Translations under genes and position numbers: made by a program
In this document: positions 7,282 through 11,189 of the stretch, piece after piece
Layout of the letters: each line of letters opens with the position of its first letter
Numbering within the stretch: position 1 is the stretch's first letter
Notes under the pieces: generated by a model
Database searches by the model: none
Told to the model about the DNA's origin: nothing
The model's input: only the letters and a program-made list of their open reading frames with translations
Source: an uncultured Chloroflexia bacterium
GTDB lineage: Bacteria; Chloroflexota; Limnocylindria; Limnocylindrales; CSP1-4
DNA: 11,189 nucleotides
Reading direction: 5' to 3'
Assembly (NCBI GenBank): GCA_963833225.1
Contig: CAWHXD010000001.1
Coordinates: 1-11,189, forward strand

Positions 7282-8025
7282 ATGGAACGCATGTCAGAGC
7301 TGTCGGGCCAGGTCGCCCTGGTCACGGGCGCCTCACGGGGCATCGGCCTCGAGCTCGCCCGCGCGCTCGCCCGAGCCGGCGCCACCGTCCTGGCCGGCGT
7401 CCGCCACCTGGAGCATGCGCCGGCGGGCGAGGACGGCGCGATCCGGCCGCTGGTGATGGACGTCCTCGACATCGAGGCGACCCGGCGGGCGATCGACCGC
7501 GCGGTCGCGGAGCACGGGCGGCTGGACATCCTCGTCAACAACGCCGGGATCGGCGCGGAGCACGATCCGCTCGACGTCACCGAGGCGGATTGGGACACCC
7601 TGGTCGATGTCAACCTCAAGGGCGCGTTCTTCACGACCCAGTCGGCCGCCCGGCACATGCTGGATCGCGGGTACGGCCGGGTGATCATGATCAGCTCCCA
7701 GGCGAGCCTGGTGGGGCTGCCGCGGTCGGCCGTGTACTGCGCGGCCAAGGCCGGGCTCAACGGGCTGGTCCGCTCGCTCGCGATCGAATGGGGCGCCCGG
7801 GGGGTGACCGTCAATGCGGTGGCGCCGACCTGGATCTACACGCCCGGCACGGCCGATCGCCTCGACGATCCGGAGTTCCTGCGGGGTGTCCTGGCCCGCA
7901 TCCCGGCCGGCCGGATCGGATCGACCGACGATGTCGCGGCGGCCGTCAGCTACCTCGCCTCGCCGGCGGCGGGCCTGGTCACGGGCACGGTGCTTTCGGT
8001 CGACGGGGGGTGGACCGCCCAGTGA
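7282..8025 (+). CDS. Classical short-chain dehydrogenase/reductase (gluconate 5-dehydrogenase/KduD-like), probably NADP(H)-preferring
   Basis: Motifs TGASRGIG, LDILVNNAG, VNLKG, ISS, YCAAK, VNAVAPT, RIPAGRIG and VTGTVLSVDGGWTAQ. The start is placed at ATG 7282, with AAGGAG (7268-7273) 8 nt upstream. Arg rather than Asp after beta-2 (LAGVR) suggests NADP(H). The substrate is unknown. Confidence 0.9.
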   Translation: MERMSELSGQVALVTGASRGIGLELARALARAGATVLAGVRHLEHAPAGEDGAIRPLVMDVLDIEATRRAIDRAVAEHGRLDILVNNAGIGAEHDPLDVTEADWDTLVDVNLKGAFFTTQSAARHMLDRGYGRVIMISSQASLVGLPRSAVYCAAKAGLNGLVRSLAIEWGARGVTVNAVAPTWIYTPGTADRLDDPEFLRGVLARIPAGRIGSTDDVAAAVSYLASPAAGLVTGTVLSVDGGWTAQ

Positions 8026-8044
8026 CAGAGCCCGCCCTGGGTCC

Positions 8045-8914
8045 CTAGCCGGACGGCGGCGGTGCTTCAGGCTCGGCAGAGGCGGTGGACGCCTGCAGCT
8101 CGTCGAGCTCGCGCGACAGATCCTCCAGCTCCTCGCCGCCACCCATCAGGCCGAGCAGCTCGTTCATGCCGACCTCGCCGCGCTTGAACACGCCGAGGCT
8201 CTGGCCGTGGCTCAGGATCGTGAACTTGTCCCCCACCGGCAGCGCGTGCTGCACGTTGTGGGTGATGAAGATCACTGCGAGTCCACGCGACCTGGCCCGG
8301 ACGATGTGTCGCAGCACAATCGCGGCCTGCTTGACCCCGAGCGCTGACGTCGGTTCGTCAAGGATCAGGACACGGGCGCCGAAGTACTCGGCACGGGCAA
8401 TGGCCAGCGTCTGGCGCTCTCCGCCCGACATCGTCCCGACCAGCTGGCTGGTGTCGCGGACCTCGATCCCGATCTCACGCATGTGCTCCTGGGCGGTACG
8501 GTCCGCGTACGCCATGTCGAACCGCCGGAACGGCCCGCGACCCTTCGTCGGCTCGTTGCCCAGGAAGAAGTTGCGGCTGACGCTCATCAGCGGCAGGACG
8601 GCAAGATCCTGGAACACGGTCGCGATCCCGTGCGACTGGGCGTCGTGCGGCGAGGACAGGCTGACCGGGTGGCCGTCGATGAGCAGCTGGCCGTCGTCCG
8701 GTCGGTGGACGCCGGACAGGGTCTTGATCAGCGTCGACTTGCCGGCTCCGTTGTCGCCCAGGAGGCAGTTGACCTCGCCGGCCTTGACGGCGAGCGACAC
8801 GTCCTTGAGCGCCACCACGCGCCCGAAGTACTTGGAGATGCTCCGCGCCTCGAGCACCGGGGTGTCGGAGGCGGCGGCCGAGGTGTCGGAGGCGGCGGAG
8901 GGTGCGGTCGTCAT
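8045..8914 (-). CDS. Sugar ABC transporter ATP-binding protein (single nucleotide-binding domain)
   Basis: C-terminal 289 aa of track ORF 8045..9373; ATG at 8914 overlaps the permease stop (ATGA, 8911-8914). Walker [11 protein letters not shown]-loop VFQD, signature MSGGERQ, Walker B LILDEPT, H-loop ITHN. Confidence 0.95.
   Translation of the reverse strand: MTTAPSAASDTSAAASDTPVLEARSISKYFGRVVALKDVSLAVKAGEVNCLLGDNGAGKSTLIKTLSGVHRPDDGQLLIDGHPVSLSSPHDAQSHGIATVFQDLAVLPLMSVSRNFFLGNEPTKGRGPFRRFDMAYADRTAQEHMREIGIEVRDTSQLVGTMSGGERQTLAIARAEYFGARVLILDEPTSALGVKQAAIVLRHIVRARSRGLAVIFITHNVQHALPVGDKFTILSHGQSLGVFKRGEVGMNELLGLMGGGEELEDLSRELDELQASTASAEPEAPPPSG
8861..8898. repeat. In-frame 21-nt-period duplication in the ATPase N-terminal tail
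   Basis: ggtgtcggaggcggcgg at 8861-8877 and 8882-8898, encoding [13 protein letters not shown]. Confidence 0.8.
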
Positions 8915-9981
8915 GATCGGGCTCCCGAGGCGCGGCGCAGGATCCAGTTGTTCACCAGGGCGGCGACGAGCAGGAGGGCGCCGAGGACGAACGCGTACCA
9001 ATCGGAGTTGAAGCCCGGTACGAAGAAGATGCCGAGCTGCGTCACGCCGAGGATGAACGCGCCGAACGCTGACCCGAGCGCGGAGCCGTACCCGCCGGTC
9101 AGCAGCGTCCCGCCGATGACCGCGGTGATGATCGCCTCGAACTCCTTGCCGGTGCCGCGCAGGACGTCGGCGTTTCCGACGCTCAGGACCTGGATGCAGG
9201 CAAACAGCGCGGCCGACGCCGCGGTCGCCATGAACAGCAGGATCTTCACGCGATTCACGGGAACGCCGATGTTCCGGGAGGCTTCCTTCGATCCGCCGAC
9301 CGCGAAGATCCAGTTCCCGAATCTCGTCCGCAGCAGGATCCAGGTCGAGATGCCGACGACGGCGATCCACCACACGAGCTCGATCTTGAAGTCACCGCCT
9401 TCGATCGTGAACAGGACGACGTTGAACAGCTTCGAGATGGGGTCGTCCGCGGCCGCCGTACCGACCCCGCTGACGATCGTCTGGCCGTTCGAGACCAGCC
9501 TCGTCAGGGCGAGGCCGGCGCCCCGGAGCATGTACAGGGAGCCGAGGGTCACGATGAATGAGGGCAGGCCGGTCCGCACGACGATGTAGCCATTGAGGGC
9601 GCCGACGGCCAGGGCGAACGCGAAGGTGATGACGAGTCCGAGCCACAACGGCAGGCCGAACTGGGTGATCGAGAGGCCGAGGATCAGGCCGGCCGCGCCG
9701 ACCATCGAGCCGATCGAGAGGTCGAACTCGCCCGCGATCATCAGCAGGGCGACGGTGGCGCCGAGGATCCCGACCTGGGCCGCGACCTCGATGTAGGCCG
9801 CAAACCCCTGCCAGGACATGAAGCCCGTGCCGACGGTGAAGCCGGTGAGGGCCCAGAAGACCACGAAGATGAGGATCGCCCCGACGATCGACCCGAACTC
9901 GGGCCTCGTCAGCAGCTGGCGAAGGGGACTCGCCCGGCGGAGCCGCTGGGCCTCGGAGGCAGTGCCATCGACCGTCGTCAT
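8911..9981 (-). CDS. Sugar ABC transporter permease (RbsC/BPD_transp_2 family)
   Basis: Hydrophobic 356 aa with [63 protein letters not shown] lies upstream of the ATG. Confidence 0.95.
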   Translation of the reverse strand: MTTVDGTASEAQRLRRASPLRQLLTRPEFGSIVGAILIFVVFWALTGFTVGTGFMSWQGFAAYIEVAAQVGILGATVALLMIAGEFDLSIGSMVGAAGLILGLSITQFGLPLWLGLVITFAFALAVGALNGYIVVRTGLPSFIVTLGSLYMLRGAGLALTRLVSNGQTIVSGVGTAAADDPISKLFNVVLFTIEGGDFKIELVWWIAVVGISTWILLRTRFGNWIFAVGGSKEASRNIGVPVNRVKILLFMATAASAALFACIQVLSVGNADVLRGTGKEFEAIITAVIGGTLLTGGYGSALGSAFGAFILGVTQLGIFFVPGFNSDWYAFVLGALLLVAALVNNWILRRASGARS

Positions 9982-10001
9982 GGGCGTCCCTCGGAGCTGC
10001 G

Positions 10002-10032
10002 GTCAGGGCCGCCCGAGTCGGGCGGCCCTGAC
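10002..10032. terminator. Strong intergenic stem-loop between binding-protein and permease genes (mRNA stabiliser or partial terminator)
   Basis: Perfect 15-bp inverted repeat gtcagggccgcccga-g-tcgggcggccctgac. No U-tract follows on the coding (minus) strand. Confidence 0.7.
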
Positions 10033-10051
10033 GCTTCGGTTGCCGCAAAGG

Positions 10052-11035
10052 CTAGCGGGTGGTACCCGTGTTTGCCTGGACCGTTGCGACGTTGTCCTTG
10101 GTAACGAAACCCGGGCCGGTAGCGACCGGCTGGCCGCCACCCGGCATGAGGCCGTAGAGGTGGTACAGGGTGAGGAACGTGATCGGCAGGTACCCCTGGA
10201 GGTACTGCTGCTGGTCGATCGCGAACAGCATGGAGCCGTCGGAGATGGCGGCGAGGACGTCCTGCGAAAGGTCGAAGGTGCCGACCTTGATCGTGGTGTT
10301 GCCCATCTGCTTGAGGGCGGCGATCGTCGGCGTCGAGCCGGTCGGGCCGAGGGCCATGACGGTGTCGATCGTCGGGTCGGCCGTGAGGGCCGCGGCGATC
10401 TTCTGCTGCGCGGTCGTCGGATCCTTCAGGTCGACCTGGAGGACGGTCGACGTGCCGGGGGCGAACCCTTCGGCAAAGCCGTTGCAGCGGGCATCGAGGC
10501 CGGCGTTACCGACCTCCTGGTTGACGCAGATCGCGTTCTTGCCGCCAGCCGCGGCCATGCGCTCGCCGGCCGCCTTGCCGGCCTGCGCCTCATCCTGTCC
10601 GACGTGGGTCAGGATGCCGAGCGCCTTGTACGCGTCGGAACCGGAGTTCGCGGAGATCACCGGAATACCTGCGGTGATGCACTTGGTGACGCTCGGGCCG
10701 AGCGCCGTGGCATCCGGAAGCGAGATGACGAGGCCGGACGGCTTCTTGGCGCAGGCAGCGTCAATCAGCTGGCCCATCTTGACCATGTCGAAGGTGTCGG
10801 GGGCGCTGTAGTTGGCCGTCACGCCCATGTCCTTGGCGGCCTGCACCACGCCGTTCTTGAAGATCGACCAGAACGGATCCGAAGCCTGGCCGTGGGTCAC
10901 GACCTCGATGTCGATGCCGGCGCGGTCACTCGACCCGCCGCCACCGCCGCTCGGCGCCGGCGTCGCCGAGTTAGAGCAGGCGGACGCGGCGAGCGCGACC
11001 GCTGCCAGGCCAATCGCCCATTTGCTGAACTTCAT
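10052..11035 (-). CDS. Sugar ABC transporter substrate-binding lipoprotein (periplasmic binding protein type 1), probably inositol/cyclitol-binding
   Basis: Signal peptide with lipobox LAASA-C20 and a flexible [14 protein letters not shown] linker. Motifs [35 protein letters not shown] and [12 protein letters not shown]. Strong SD GGAGGAG upstream. The ligand is inferred from context. Confidence 0.93.
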   Translation of the reverse strand: MKFSKWAIGLAAVALAASACSNSATPAPSGGGGGSSDRAGIDIEVVTHGQASDPFWSIFKNGVVQAAKDMGVTANYSAPDTFDMVKMGQLIDAACAKKPSGLVISLPDATALGPSVTKCITAGIPVISANSGSDAYKALGILTHVGQDEAQAGKAAGERMAAAGGKNAICVNQEVGNAGLDARCNGFAEGFAPGTSTVLQVDLKDPTTAQQKIAAALTADPTIDTVMALGPTGSTPTIAALKQMGNTTIKVGTFDLSQDVLAAISDGSMLFAIDQQQYLQGYLPITFLTLYHLYGLMPGGGQPVATGPGFVTKDNVATVQANTGTTR

Positions 11036-11189
11036 GTGGTCTCCTCCAAGTCGGATCTCCGGGCCGTCGTTCGACCCGGTTCCTTCCGCTCCTCGCGGTG
11101 CGCAATGTCTCCTCGCCCGCGGTGCGGGCCTTGCGGCACCAGTGGCGAACGCCCTCCTTTCCCCAGTCGGGTGCCCAGGGATTCCGATG

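Noticed and set aside
8915-9373. N-terminal extension of track ORF 8045..9373
   Set aside because: It overlaps the permease out of frame; ATG 8914 gives an ATGA overlap and a normal single-domain ATPase length.
11032-11189. Open minus-strand frame ending in an ATGA overlap with the binding-protein start (leader peptide or upstream gene end)
   Set aside because: Many codons end in A/T, unlike the real genes here, and absence of stops over about 150 nt is expected at this GC content.
1-11189. Mobile elements, CRISPR arrays, tRNA/rRNA or defence genes
   Set aside because: No transposase/integrase motifs, no regularly spaced repeat-spacer array and no RNA gene signature were seen; nearly all sequence is explained by metabolic, transport and regulatory genes.

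Overview
Very GC-rich bacterial DNA; the lipoprotein-type binding protein suggests a monoderm such as Chloroflexota or Actinomycetota, but the taxon is not determinable here. The window is an inositol/cyclitol uptake and catabolism locus. Read from right to left on the minus strand, it holds a three-gene sugar ABC transporter (binding lipoprotein, permease, single-domain ATPase); then an SDR oxidoreductase (+) divergent from a frameshifted MFS transporter (-); a LacI-family regulator (+); and, divergent from the regulator, an operon joined by stop/start overlaps: iolD, an iolE-like gene, and the N- and C-subunits of a split transketolase. The C-subunit runs off the left edge and is absent from the ORF track. 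Three LacI-type operator-like sites and a sigma70-like promoter are visible. The most interesting signal is the split transketolase with substituted substrate-binding residues coupled directly to iolD-iolE, with no iolB/iolC/iolJ/iolA in the window. This suggests, by inference only, a transketolase-dependent lower branch of inositol degradation.
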